Source of the DNA: Limnochordia bacterium
GTDB taxonomy: Bacteria > Bacillota > Limnochordia > Darwinibacteriales > DTU012
NCBI GenBank assembly: GCA_007116995.1
Contig: SKHL01000180.1
Coordinates: 1 to 33,654 of the forward strand
Direction: 5' to 3'
Length of the DNA: 33,654 nucleotides
The position numbers were made by a program, and so were the translations under genes. Positions within the stretch are counted from its first letter, which is position 1, and each line of letters opens with the position of its first letter. Under the pieces are notes generated by a model. That model did not search any database, was not told the origin of the DNA, and saw only the letters and a program-made list of their open reading frames with translations. Below are positions 8,159 to 17,116 of this stretch, in pieces.

Positions 8159-10033
8159 TCATCCTAGGATCCGTTTATCCTCAATCCTCTTGGTGAATCG
8201 AATATCATCGAAATATTCAAGGAACACCAGTGTATATTTACGACTGGTGTTTAATCTATCCCGGATATCGGCTAACGATACGGATTTATCTTCGCTTGCA
8301 TGGATTAAGGTTCGAATGATCTCTTGGACTTGGGCAATGATCCCTGGTAGTGTTATTTGTTCACTATGTAGTAAAACTAGCTTGCGCTGGTCAATCCAAA
8401 GTTGCATCAGATCCAGTGGGAACCCTTGTTTCTTTAGTTCAACCAGGGTTGGTGGACTAAAGGGCTCGCTGGTCAATAACTGATATAGCTGATCCCATTG
8501 GGCGTGCTCTTTAGGGGATAGCTGGATTTGATGGGTGGCTAATCGTACTATACCAGCGTCTTCCACAACCTCCCTAGTTACTGTCAGCAATGAATCAAAT
8601 AGTCGGAGTGGTAGAGACATCATTGTTCGTAGGGTTTCTTTCGGGATTCCTGATTTCAATGGATTACTGAGATGGTAGTCTTTGAGTAGCTCTAGTAATT
8701 TCTGGTAAACCTTCTTATGGTTGGCACTCCCTAGAATGTACCCATCAAGGGAAATTAATCCAGCATGCTGGCTTCCACCATGCTGGATGAACTGAGACTC
8801 GGTCCAAAACGGGCGAACTTGCGCTAATAAGAGGGGATATTCGTCATGAGTAGCTGCAGCTAACTGTTTTAAGAGCTTTTGGTCTAGTCGTGGATGACTG
8901 GTCTCAAATCCAAATTGGGCACTCGATTTATTTCTGCCTATTAGCCGGAAGTTTCTTCCTCTTACAGGGATCCCCTCTGCTAAAAACCGCCCGCCTCCGA
9001 TGGTTGTGGCATAGGATGGGTGACGAATGATAAAGCGATCCTTAAATCGAAAATGGGTAGGTTCGTCTAGGATTAGTTGGAGTAGTCCTGTTTCTCCCGG
9101 TTGGATGGGTTCGTTTTGTAATAGCCTGGTTTTGGCACTTAACTCCGCGGTTCCTACATAGAGTTTCACCTGGTCTAATGAGCCTAACGTCGCTGGTGCT
9201 GATGCTAATAGGGTAATGGTTGCATTAATACATGAATAGGCTGGTCGCATTTGGGGATAGGTAACATACATTCCACGTGTAACAGCTTCGGTAGCGACGT
9301 TGTTTAAGTTTATCGCCAAGCGACTATTAGCCTGACCCACTTGAATTTGGGCTTTGTGAGTTTGCAAGCCTCGTATTTTGGTCGTGATGCCTGCTGGTTC
9401 CAGCCTAATTTGATCATCAACTGATAGGGTTCCGGCTAGCAGGGTACCTGTTACCACTGTACCAGAGCCTTTAATAGTAAACACCCGATCAATCCAAAGT
9501 AGTGGCGGTGCCTGAAGCTGATCTTCCTTGGGGTGCAACCCTTGATCAATCATAGTAAGTAGGGTGTCTAGGTTATCTCTGGTATGGGAGGATACGCAGA
9601 CTAAGGGACTGGAAGCTAGACTCGTACAGCTTAAATTCTCTTGAATATCCTGGCATATCAAATCCAACCAATCTTCATCGACTAAGTCACATTTAGTTAC
9701 CACTACGATACAATTAGAGATTCCTAATAGATCTGCGATCGCTACATGTTCCTGAGTTTGCGGCATCCAGCCATCATCGGCCGCAATAACTAATAGTAAG
9801 AGATTTATCGCCGAAACCCCTGCGAGCATGTTCTTAATAAACCGATGATGACCGGGTACGTCTACTATCCCTACTTCAGTGCCAGAGGGTAATGAGAGCC
9901 AAGCAAATCCCAAGTCTATGGTCATTCCTCGTTTTTGTTCTTCCTTAAGCCTATCTGGGTTTATCCCGGTCAGGGCCTGGATAAGTGTGGTTTTACCATG
10001 ATCAATGTGTCCTGCAGTTCCTAAGACGTACAT
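8159..10033 (-). CDS. selB: selenocysteine-specific translation elongation factor, 624 aa
   Basis: N-terminal GTPase motifs GHIDHGKTTL, DVPGHHRF and TKCD, followed by a long C-terminal winged-helix-type extension. Its start overlaps the selA stop by 13 nt. Confidence 0.9.
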   Translation of the reverse strand: MYVLGTAGHIDHGKTTLIQALTGINPDRLKEEQKRGMTIDLGFAWLSLPSGTEVGIVDVPGHHRFIKNMLAGVSAINLLLLVIAADDGWMPQTQEHVAIADLLGISNCIVVVTKCDLVDEDWLDLICQDIQENLSCTSLASSPLVCVSSHTRDNLDTLLTMIDQGLHPKEDQLQAPPLLWIDRVFTIKGSGTVVTGTLLAGTLSVDDQIRLEPAGITTKIRGLQTHKAQIQVGQANSRLAINLNNVATEAVTRGMYVTYPQMRPAYSCINATITLLASAPATLGSLDQVKLYVGTAELSAKTRLLQNEPIQPGETGLLQLILDEPTHFRFKDRFIIRHPSYATTIGGGRFLAEGIPVRGRNFRLIGRNKSSAQFGFETSHPRLDQKLLKQLAAATHDEYPLLLAQVRPFWTESQFIQHGGSQHAGLISLDGYILGSANHKKVYQKLLELLKDYHLSNPLKSGIPKETLRTMMSLPLRLFDSLLTVTREVVEDAGIVRLATHQIQLSPKEHAQWDQLYQLLTSEPFSPPTLVELKKQGFPLDLMQLWIDQRKLVLLHSEQITLPGIIAQVQEIIRTLIHASEDKSVSLADIRDRLNTSRKYTLVFLEYFDDIRFTKRIEDKRILG

Positions 10034-11394
10034 GGATCAAGCCCCCTTTTTAAAACAGCAACCAAATCCCTGTCTTGGTCAGGCAGGATAGTGCGCGGGT
10101 CAAGCAGTAACTTCTCGTCTTTGACACGACCTATTACTGGAGGACTTCCTAGGCGTAAGAAGGATGAACAGGCTGTAACTGAATACATAGGGCTAGTTAA
10201 TGCCAGCAGAACTGTGGGAATGGTCTCGCCTGGCAGAGATCCTCCGCCGATAGTGGATTGACCTGGTAGAATTTGACCTTTCCAACCAGGTCCTAGAGAT
10301 TTTTTCCATTCATTAACCCGGTTGGTTAAGTGGTCGATGGATGTAGTGAGCATTTGCATGATAGGGATGGAACTTAACTCATTATTCATATATTTGAGTA
10401 ATAGATGCTGTAGGGCTAGCAGTGAGAGTTTATCGATTCGGAGGGCGCGCAGAAGAGGCTTCTGCTTCATGCAGGTAATAGCGCAGGCTTCTCCAAGAAT
10501 AATTCCTGCTTGAGGTCCACCGAGTAGTTTGTCACCACTAAATGTAAGAACATCAACATGAGCGATTACGTCATGGATGAATGGGTCGTGTCCCCTTTTA
10601 TATAAGGGAGGGAACTGCATGGCCCCACTACCTATATCTTCAACTAGCCATAGATTACGGGACTTACACAGTTGATGTAAGTCCACGCGGGGGACAGACT
10701 CTGTAAATCCATGTATCTGGTAGTTACTCGGATGTACTTTTAAAATAACAGCGGTGTTATCAGATATTGCTTGTTCGTAGTCACTTAACCGAGTTTTATT
10801 GGTGGTGCCTACTTCTTTTAAAATGCAGCCACTTTCTGCAATTACTTCTGGGATACGGAATCCTCCACCGATTTCGACTAATTCACCACGCGATACGATT
10901 ACCTCTTTCCCTGAAGCAAGGGCACTAAGGGTTAATAGGACAGCCGCGGCATTATTGTTAACTACTAGGCTATCCTCAGCACCGGTTAAAAGGCAAAGTA
11001 GCTCACTAACTCCTTGATAGCGGCTACCTCTTTCGCCGTCATTTAAATGATATTCTAGATTTGTATAGCCAATACTGCAAACTGTAAGCCAGTCCATGGT
11101 GTCCTTTGGTAATGGAGAACGCCCTAAATTGGTATGGATTAATACTCCTGTTCCATTGATTACAGGCTGGAGGAGACGGCGTTGATAAAGAGCTAGTTGA
11201 TCACAAATGCGAACCAAAAGTTCAGTCCTCGTAAGGACAGAACCTCCAGCCCGCACTTGTTGGCGTTGTTCCTCTAGAATTGCTTGAATAGTGGTAACGA
11301 TAATTTGATGCGGTATCTGTTTGCGTAATCCAGCAATGCCGGGCTCTGTTAGCAGTTGATTGACAGATGGTAGTGTTCTTAATTGATCGTGCAT
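10021..11394 (-). CDS. selA: L-seryl-tRNA(Sec) selenium transferase, 457 aa
   Basis: N-terminus LRTLPSVNQLL and the PLP-lysine region TFSGDKLLGGPQAGII are typical SelA. SD AGGGAGGGG lies upstream of the ATG at 11394. Confidence 0.9.
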   Translation of the reverse strand: MHDQLRTLPSVNQLLTEPGIAGLRKQIPHQIIVTTIQAILEEQRQQVRAGGSVLTRTELLVRICDQLALYQRRLLQPVINGTGVLIHTNLGRSPLPKDTMDWLTVCSIGYTNLEYHLNDGERGSRYQGVSELLCLLTGAEDSLVVNNNAAAVLLTLSALASGKEVIVSRGELVEIGGGFRIPEVIAESGCILKEVGTTNKTRLSDYEQAISDNTAVILKVHPSNYQIHGFTESVPRVDLHQLCKSRNLWLVEDIGSGAMQFPPLYKRGHDPFIHDVIAHVDVLTFSGDKLLGGPQAGIILGEACAITCMKQKPLLRALRIDKLSLLALQHLLLKYMNNELSSIPIMQMLTTSIDHLTNRVNEWKKSLGPGWKGQILPGQSTIGGGSLPGETIPTVLLALTSPMYSVTACSSFLRLGSPPVIGRVKDEKLLLDPRTILPDQDRDLVAVLKRGLDPCTS

Positions 11395-11450
11395 ATAGAT
11401 TACCCCTCCCTAATTATGAGCTGGCCTTGGGGTTGTTGCTAAACGGGTGT

Positions 11451-13100
11451 TTAAGTGGCTTGCCGAAGCATTCGCTCCTCTAGTTCTTCTTCTGACTCTA
11501 GTAAGGTTCCGGCGACAGCCTCCGCTAGATTGTTCGCGTGGTCGGCCACGCGCTCTAGATTACTAACAAGGTCTAGGAAGACAACACCGGCTTCAGGATG
11601 ACAGGTACCTTCATTTAACCGGCGAATATGGGATGCCCGGTAATCTCGCTCCATTTGGTCAATAATATCATCTTCTCGGATAAGTCGCTTGGCGTCATCG
11701 ACTCGTTCATTACGCAATAATTCTATGGCCTTGGTGTAGATACATTCTACTTTATGATACATGATCACGATCTCTTCTTCCGCCATTGCACTTAAACCTA
11801 GTTTATGGTCCATTCTAACTTGAGCAAGTTCTATAATATTTGTGGAATGATCGCCTACCCGTTCAATGTCATGCACACTGTGCATTAGATTGGTGACCTT
11901 TCTAGTCTGCTTGGATGATAGTGGATTGTGGCTGGCCTCTGTTAAATAGGTAATAATTGCTTTTTCTAAATCATTCACGACGTCTTCTTTGCGCTCTACG
12001 TTTTCAATCAGTTTAGGATCGCCTTTGAGGAATGCTTGAAAAGACTCTTGTAACATATCTAGAGATATATCGGCCATCCGTAGAACCTCTTGGGTTGCAG
12101 CCATTAACGCGGCTGGAGAATGAAGCATGCGTCGATCTAGGTACTTTGGCTTACATTCTAAGATAGTTTCTTCTCCAGGAACTAAACGTTGAACGATAGT
12201 AACAAATCGACTGAGAAATGGAAATACCAACAACGTATTGACTATATTAAAAATAGCGTGAGCATTAGCTACTTGTCGTGTAACATTATCGCTCGTTAAG
12301 AAAATTAGATCAGTAAAGGGCTTAAGAACAATCAGGAAAACGACGACACCGAAGGTATTAAATAAAACATGAGCCATAGCTGCCCGTTTCGCTGTTAAAC
12401 TAGCTCCAATGGCTGCTAGCTGGGCTGTTATACATGTGCCTAAATTAGCACCTAGGATTAGGGCTAAGCCCGAGGGTAAATCAATTAGGTTCTGCATACT
12501 AAAAGCGATTACTAGGCCTGTGGTCGCACTTGAACTTTGTACTAATACAGTAAATAATGCTCCAGCCATGACACCTAGCAGAGGAGCTTGTCCAAAACGT
12601 ACTAATAGATCTAAAAAGGGCTGGTATGTTCTAAGTGGACGTAGGCTTTCACTCATAGTAGACATTCCAACTAACAGCAAGCCAAAACCCAGTAGACTTA
12701 AACCTATATATCGATAGGTGCGATTTTTGCATAAAAAATTGAGGATAAAGCCAATCCCCACACATGGTAATGCTACTCTATAAATGTTAAATGAGACAAC
12801 CTGTGCTGTAATCGTCGTGCCAATGTTAGCCCCCATAATAGTGCCAACAGCTTGGCTAAGATTCATAAGACCTGCATTTACAAAGCCCACAATCATAACA
12901 GTTGTAGTACTACTTGACTGAACTAACACTGTGACCAATGCGCCTGTGACTACGGCGATGAGCGGGTGGGAGGTAAATAGCTCCAGAATCTGGCGTAGAC
13001 GGTCGCCAGCAGCCTTTTGGAGCCCTTCAGCCATCCGTTGCATACCATAAAGAAACAATCCTAATCCGCCCAGTAAACCAAAAACTGTATCAATGTTCAC
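11451..13100 (-). CDS. Na+/phosphate cotransporter family (PNaS/NptA-like) membrane protein with C-terminal PhoU-like repeats, 549 aa
   Basis: Duplicated VLVQSSSTTT / VLVQSSSATT transporter signature in a hydrophobic N-terminal half. The C-terminal half carries two PhoU-type motifs (IERVGDHSTN, LERVADHANN). GTG start at 13100 lies 7 nt after GTGAGGT. Confidence 0.85.
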   Translation of the reverse strand: MNIDTVFGLLGGLGLFLYGMQRMAEGLQKAAGDRLRQILELFTSHPLIAVVTGALVTVLVQSSSTTTVMIVGFVNAGLMNLSQAVGTIMGANIGTTITAQVVSFNIYRVALPCVGIGFILNFLCKNRTYRYIGLSLLGFGLLLVGMSTMSESLRPLRTYQPFLDLLVRFGQAPLLGVMAGALFTVLVQSSSATTGLVIAFSMQNLIDLPSGLALILGANLGTCITAQLAAIGASLTAKRAAMAHVLFNTFGVVVFLIVLKPFTDLIFLTSDNVTRQVANAHAIFNIVNTLLVFPFLSRFVTIVQRLVPGEETILECKPKYLDRRMLHSPAALMAATQEVLRMADISLDMLQESFQAFLKGDPKLIENVERKEDVVNDLEKAIITYLTEASHNPLSSKQTRKVTNLMHSVHDIERVGDHSTNIIELAQVRMDHKLGLSAMAEEEIVIMYHKVECIYTKAIELLRNERVDDAKRLIREDDIIDQMERDYRASHIRRLNEGTCHPEAGVVFLDLVSNLERVADHANNLAEAVAGTLLESEEELEERMLRQAT

Positions 13101-13206
13101 TGAATCGACCTCACTTTTTTTAAGAATTTCTCAACTGTTCAATTCTATATTTAGCGAGGAAATCCTGCAAAAAGCTAAGGTAAATCTAGAGGAGGATATT
13201 GTCTGC

Positions 13207-13353
13207 CTATGAAGTTGCTACCTGCTTATATTTAGAATAGGCTTGTTGAAGACTCTTTAATCCTCGTTGCTTGGCTTTGTTATCTAACCCTTTTTTCTGG
13301 GCGATAGTTTCCATAGCTGATTTAATCATAGTTAGCTTTTCGTGATTCGTCAC
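13207..13353 (-). CDS. small basic helical protein, 48 aa, unknown function (below the ORF-track length cutoff)
   Basis: GTG at 13353 lies 6 nt after AGGAGGG. Hand translation: (M)TNHEKLTMIKSAMETIAQKKGLDNKAKQRGLKSLQQAYSKYKQVATS, stop TAG at 13207-13209. It sits between spmB and the transporter on the same strand. Confidence 0.5.
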   Translation of the reverse strand: MTNHEKLTMIKSAMETIAQKKGLDNKAKQRGLKSLQQAYSKYKQVATS

Positions 13354-13385
13354 AGTGAACCCTCCTAGATAGTTGATCCTAGTAT

Positions 13386-13415
13386 CAGTATGTGCCGTTA
13401 GGACAAGAGTTATGC
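13386..13415 (-). promoter_or_regulatory. possible forespore-type (sigma-G/F-like) promoter for the 48-aa ORF
   Basis: Minus strand reads GCATA (13415-13411), 18-nt spacer, CATACTG (13392-13386). The consensus recalled from B. subtilis is GHATR-17/18-CATnnTA, and the last base deviates. Confidence 0.3.
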
Positions 13416-13440
13416 CAAAAAATGTATATTTTTTTTGGCA
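13413..13440 (-). terminator. A/T-rich hairpin just downstream of spmB
   Basis: TGCCAAAAAA (13413-13422) / TTTTTTGGCA (13431-13440), 8-nt loop, 10 nt after the spmB stop. The stem is weak. Confidence 0.35.
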
Positions 13441-13449
13441 TTGGATAAG

Positions 13450-13989
13450 CTAACTGTTTGCAAAGACGCGGTATACCACATACACAGCAGCTAAAAACCC
13501 CGCTAAATCTGCACTTAACCCAGCAACTAAGGCATGACGGATCTTGTGGATGCCAGCCGCTCCAAAGTAGACTGTTACTACATAGAAAGTAGTCTCGGTG
13601 CTCCCTTGCACGGTAGATGCTAATCGACCGAGAAAGGAGTCAGGCCCATATGTTTCTAGCATGTTTGAGAGCAGGGCTAGGGCTCCAGAACCAGACAAAG
13701 GACGAATCAGGGCCAGCGGGAGAACCTCCTGAGGGATCCCAAATCTTGCGGTGAGAGGTTGTATTAGGTGAATCATCGTATCCATAGCTCCGGATTGTTG
13801 AAACACTTTAAGCGCGACAAACATAGCCACTAGGTATGGAATAATGCAAATTGCCGTATTAAAACCCTCTTTGGCTCCATCGACGAAGCTTTCATAAACT
13901 GGAACACGTTTGACAATGCCGATAGTCGGAATAGTTAACAGCAGCAGGGGTATAGTCCAAGTCGAGATTAGCTCGAGTATGGGTAGCAT
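13450..13989 (-). CDS. spmB: spore maturation protein B (nucleoside-recognition-domain membrane protein), 179 aa
   Basis: Hydrophobic protein of SpmB length. Its start abuts the spmA stop (13989/13990), the conserved spmA-spmB pairing. Confidence 0.85.
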   Translation of the reverse strand: MLPILELISTWTIPLLLLTIPTIGIVKRVPVYESFVDGAKEGFNTAICIIPYLVAMFVALKVFQQSGAMDTMIHLIQPLTARFGIPQEVLPLALIRPLSGSGALALLSNMLETYGPDSFLGRLASTVQGSTETTFYVVTVYFGAAGIHKIRHALVAGLSADLAGFLAAVYVVYRVFANS

Positions 13990-14577
13990 CTAAACACCTC
14001 TTCTTTTCAGTTCACGTAAGCCTCGATCAACAACAATGGCTGTAACAGTGGAAGCTAGGGTGGCTACGATGGTGGTGCCGATTATCTCAGTTGGATTCGC
14101 TGATCCTTGGGCCACACGGAAGGCTATTACAGTGCTAGGAACTACTGTCAAACTCGATGTTGTAATGGCGAGGTAGGTACACATACTATTACTAGCGACA
14201 TCACTGTCTCCGTTTAAGGATTGTAGCTCTTGCATTGCCTTAATTCCTAAGGGAGTACAGGCATTACCTAGGCCTAGCAAATTTGCACTGATACTTAATA
14301 AGACGGCTCCCATGGCTGGATGATTTTTCGGTATTTCTGGAAAGAGGATTTTCGCGATCGGCCGCATCAGCTTGGCCAAAATATGCATGATCCCAGCTTG
14401 CTCTGCAACTCGCATCATCCCAGACCAGAACGCAATGATGCCAATTAAGCCGAAGGCTATGCTAATCGCTTGTTCAGCCCCTTCCATTGTTGCTTTTGTT
14501 ACTAGACCGATGTCTCCTTGGGCAGCGGCGGCACCAATACCAACGACTAACAATAAAAACCAGATAATATTAATCAC
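13990..14577 (-). CDS. spmA: spore maturation protein A, 195 aa
   Basis: GTG at 14577 lies 5 nt after GGGAGGG and gives MINIIWFLLLVVG, matching the usual SpmA N-terminus (MVNIIW...). The ORF-track ATG at 14592 lies inside the SD. Confidence 0.85.
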   Translation of the reverse strand: MINIIWFLLLVVGIGAAAAQGDIGLVTKATMEGAEQAISIAFGLIGIIAFWSGMMRVAEQAGIMHILAKLMRPIAKILFPEIPKNHPAMGAVLLSISANLLGLGNACTPLGIKAMQELQSLNGDSDVASNSMCTYLAITTSSLTVVPSTVIAFRVAQGSANPTEIIGTTIVATLASTVTAIVVDRGLRELKRRGV

Positions 14578-14659
14578 AAAAAACCCTCCCATTCACATAA
14601 TGAATATGCGAAGCAGGAGGAAATTTTGCCAAAAAGTTGCAGGGGATCTAACCTTCTTT

Positions 14660-14866
14660 TTATGCTCGTCCGACGAAAACTTCACTTTCCCCAGCTAAGT
14701 AGCCCGGTTCTGTATCAACATAGCTGATTCCTAAGACAATGCCACGGCGCAACAGTGAAACAGCTTGCTGGGAGCCGTTAGGCCGGCGGATAGCCCCGAA
14801 ACCGAGTGCTGAGGGGGATATGTAGTAAAATATTGTCTGATGCATCGAGAAGATTAGATATTGCAA
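14660..14866 (-). pseudogene. N-terminal remnant of an aldo/keto reductase gene
   Basis: The 68-codon ORF contains SALGFGAIRRP and GISYVDTEPGYLAGESEVFVGRA. These resemble the AKR N-terminal blocks (SxLGFGxMRLP and GINxxDTAxxYxxGxSExxxGKA). It then stops about 250-300 codons short, 80 nt before spmA. Confidence 0.4.
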
Positions 14867-14927
14867 GTAATAGCAAGAAAATGGATGGAAATGAATTCTG
14901 ACGTTGTCTGACCAAGCTAAGTGCCCC

Positions 14928-14958
14928 TTGCATAAAGGGTAATAAGTAGTGATATAAT
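14928..14958 (+). promoter_or_regulatory. promoter of the ctsR-clpC operon
   Basis: Extended -10 TGaTATAAT (TATAAT at 14953-14958). TTGCAT (14928-14933) is a possible -35, but the 19-nt spacer is long. Confidence 0.5.
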
Positions 14959-14966
14959 GTACTTAA

Positions 14967-14984
14967 AGGTCAGGCATAGTCAAA
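14967..14984 (+). promoter_or_regulatory. CtsR operator (heptad direct repeat)
   Basis: AGGTCAGGCATAGTCAAA fits RGTCAAAnAnRGTCAAA (first heptad 5/7, second 7/7), immediately downstream of the -10 and upstream of ctsR. Confidence 0.7.
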
Positions 14985-15010
14985 TAATTGTCTGAGATGG
15001 GAGAAGTTAT

Positions 15011-15469
15011 ATGAGTACATTAGCTGATCTGATAGAAATTTACATTAAACAACAGTTAAAACAAAGCGAGGATCAGGCTGTAGAGATTAGCCGTGCTCAG
15101 CTAGCGGAAACATTTAGCTGCGTTCCTTCTCAAATTAACTATGTGTTGACAACTCGATTTACCCTTGATCGTGGCTACCTCATTGAAAGTCGGCGAGGCG
15201 GCGGTGGGTATATCCGAGTGGTGCAGACTAACCACCAGGGAAAGAACAAGGTAGCGGCTAAGCTGTTCCAACAAATCGGTCACGCCATCAACCAGCGCGA
15301 CGCTGAGGATCTGCTCCTTGGGTTTCATGATCTGGAGATGATATCCTTGAAGCAACTGCAGCTAGTTCGAGGAATTCTCCAGCGCGAAACTGGGCTGTAT
15401 GATTTGGATAAGGACCATTTAAGAGCTAGTTTATTGCGGTCCATGCTATTTATTGTTGTGCATCAATAG
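15011..15469 (+). CDS. ctsR: class III heat-shock repressor CtsR, 152 aa
   Basis: SCVPSQINYVLTTRFTLDRGYLIESRRGGGGYIRV is the CtsR DNA-binding/glycine-loop signature. It is the first gene of ctsR-mcsA-mcsB-clpC. Confidence 0.95.
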   Translation: MSTLADLIEIYIKQQLKQSEDQAVEISRAQLAETFSCVPSQINYVLTTRFTLDRGYLIESRRGGGGYIRVVQTNHQGKNKVAAKLFQQIGHAINQRDAEDLLLGFHDLEMISLKQLQLVRGILQRETGLYDLDKDHLRASLLRSMLFIVVHQ

Positions 15470-15512
15470 GAGTATATTTGTAGAAAAACAGAAGACGGTA
15501 GGAGGTGGCATT

Positions 15513-16022
15513 ATGTTATGTGAACAGTGTGGGCAGGAACCAGCTAGTGTACACATGACTAAGATTATTAATAACAAGAAAATAGAGGCTCACCTATGTC
15601 AAGAGTGTGCTGGAGAATATGGCGACTTCGCCAATGGTATTGACCTTCCAAACATATTTGCAGGCTTGTTTGAACAGCCTAAAGTTTGGGGAACTGTATC
15701 CAGAAAGTCTAGTGCATGTTCAACCTGTGGCTTAGAGATAAATGACATTCGCCAACTAAATCAGTTAGGATGTAGTGACTGCTATCAGGCGTTTAAAAAG
15801 GAGTTAGAGCCACTGCTACGCCGTCTACATGGCACCACGCGTCATGTAGGCAAAGTGCCTGCCAAAAGCCATGCTAAGATTCGCTTGGACCGGCAGATCA
15901 ACCAGATGCGAGATCAATTACAGCAAGCAATCTCATTGGAGAATTATGAAGAAGCCGCCAAACTGCGGGATGGTATTCGTCAATTGCAACAGAGAAATAC
16001 CTCTGAACTGGGGGGAGAGTAA
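15513..16022 (+). CDS. mcsA: McsA (UvrB/UvrC-motif zinc-finger activator of McsB), 169 aa
   Basis: ATG at 15513 lies 5 nt after TAGGAGGTG. Four CxxC pairs (CEQCG, CQEC, CSTCG, CSDC) plus a C-terminal UVR motif (YEEAAKLRDGIRQL). Confidence 0.9.
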   Translation: MLCEQCGQEPASVHMTKIINNKKIEAHLCQECAGEYGDFANGIDLPNIFAGLFEQPKVWGTVSRKSSACSTCGLEINDIRQLNQLGCSDCYQAFKKELEPLLRRLHGTTRHVGKVPAKSHAKIRLDRQINQMRDQLQQAISLENYEEAAKLRDGIRQLQQRNTSELGGE

Positions 16023-17095
16023 TGAGCTTCGATGATGCAGTCGATAGAACTTTAAGCTCTTGGATGAAAAAAGACGGTCCTGAGGGGGATATTGTGTTCG
16101 GGACTCGCATCCGGCTGGCTAGAAACTTAACGAAAACACCTTTCCCAGCTCTTACTGATAGAGAGCAGTTACAGAAGGTGTTAGAAAAGGGAAGTATACT
16201 ACCGGATTCCTTAGGGTCAATTTGTCAATTGAGATTTTTAAGAATGGCGGAAGTAGAAAAACTTGAGCGACAGGTTATGGTGGAGAAACATCTGATTAGT
16301 CCTCGCCATGCCGAAGAAACGGCGCATAAAGGTCTATTGCTATCAGAACAAGAAGACATTAGCATCATGATTAATGAAGAAGATCATTTTCGTATTCAAG
16401 TTCTAACTCCTGGATTACAGTTAGAATATGCCTGGGAATTAGGAAATAGAATTGATGATGGTATTGAGGAACAACTAGACTATGCCTTCGATGAGACAAG
16501 AGGATACTTGACCGCTTGTCCGACGAATGTGGGTACAGGGATGCGGGCGTCAGTTATGTTACACCTGCCTGCACTAGCCCGAGTCAACCAGCTGTCCAAA
16601 GTGCTGTCTTCTGTATCCCAGTTCGGGTTAGTGGTACGAGGTTTATACGGAGAAGGTAGCGACTCTTATGGGAATATATTTCAGATATCAAATCAAGTCT
16701 CGTTAGGACACACAGAAGATGAAATGATAGAGCATTTAGCGAAGGTAACAGGACAAATTATTACGAGTGAACGACAAGCACGAGATTATTTATCCCAACC
16801 AGAACGACGATTAGCTAGCGAAGATTCGATTTACCGTTCCTATGGTATATTAGCGAATGCCCGTGTTATAGGAACGAAGGAAGCCTTAGAACTATTGTCT
16901 CAGGTTCGTTTAGGAATTGATTTGGGTCTAATTACTCATTTAGATCAAAAAATCTTGAAAGAGTTAATGGTTCTCACCCGCTCTGCTCATCTGCAAAAAT
17001 TGATGGGGCAGAATTTACACTCCGAAGAACGGGATCGGCTCCGGGCCAGTCTCATTCGAGATAGATTACGAGTTGATAAAGACACAAAAGGATAG
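16022..17095 (+). CDS. mcsB: protein arginine kinase McsB, 357 aa
   Basis: Guanido-kinase motifs EEDHFRIQ and CPTNVGTGMRASV. The start overlaps the mcsA stop (TAATG). Confidence 0.95.
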   Translation: MSFDDAVDRTLSSWMKKDGPEGDIVFGTRIRLARNLTKTPFPALTDREQLQKVLEKGSILPDSLGSICQLRFLRMAEVEKLERQVMVEKHLISPRHAEETAHKGLLLSEQEDISIMINEEDHFRIQVLTPGLQLEYAWELGNRIDDGIEEQLDYAFDETRGYLTACPTNVGTGMRASVMLHLPALARVNQLSKVLSSVSQFGLVVRGLYGEGSDSYGNIFQISNQVSLGHTEDEMIEHLAKVTGQIITSERQARDYLSQPERRLASEDSIYRSYGILANARVIGTKEALELLSQVRLGIDLGLITHLDQKILKELMVLTRSAHLQKLMGQNLHSEERDRLRASLIRDRLRVDKDTKG

Positions 17096-17116
17096 AGAGA
17101 AAAGGATGGTGTAACT

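Noticed and set aside
14578-14660. Sigma-E type promoter for spmAB (CATATTCA upstream of the SD).
   Set aside because: Only a partial -10 match is present, and there is no convincing -35 at the right spacing. I cannot support it from sequence alone.
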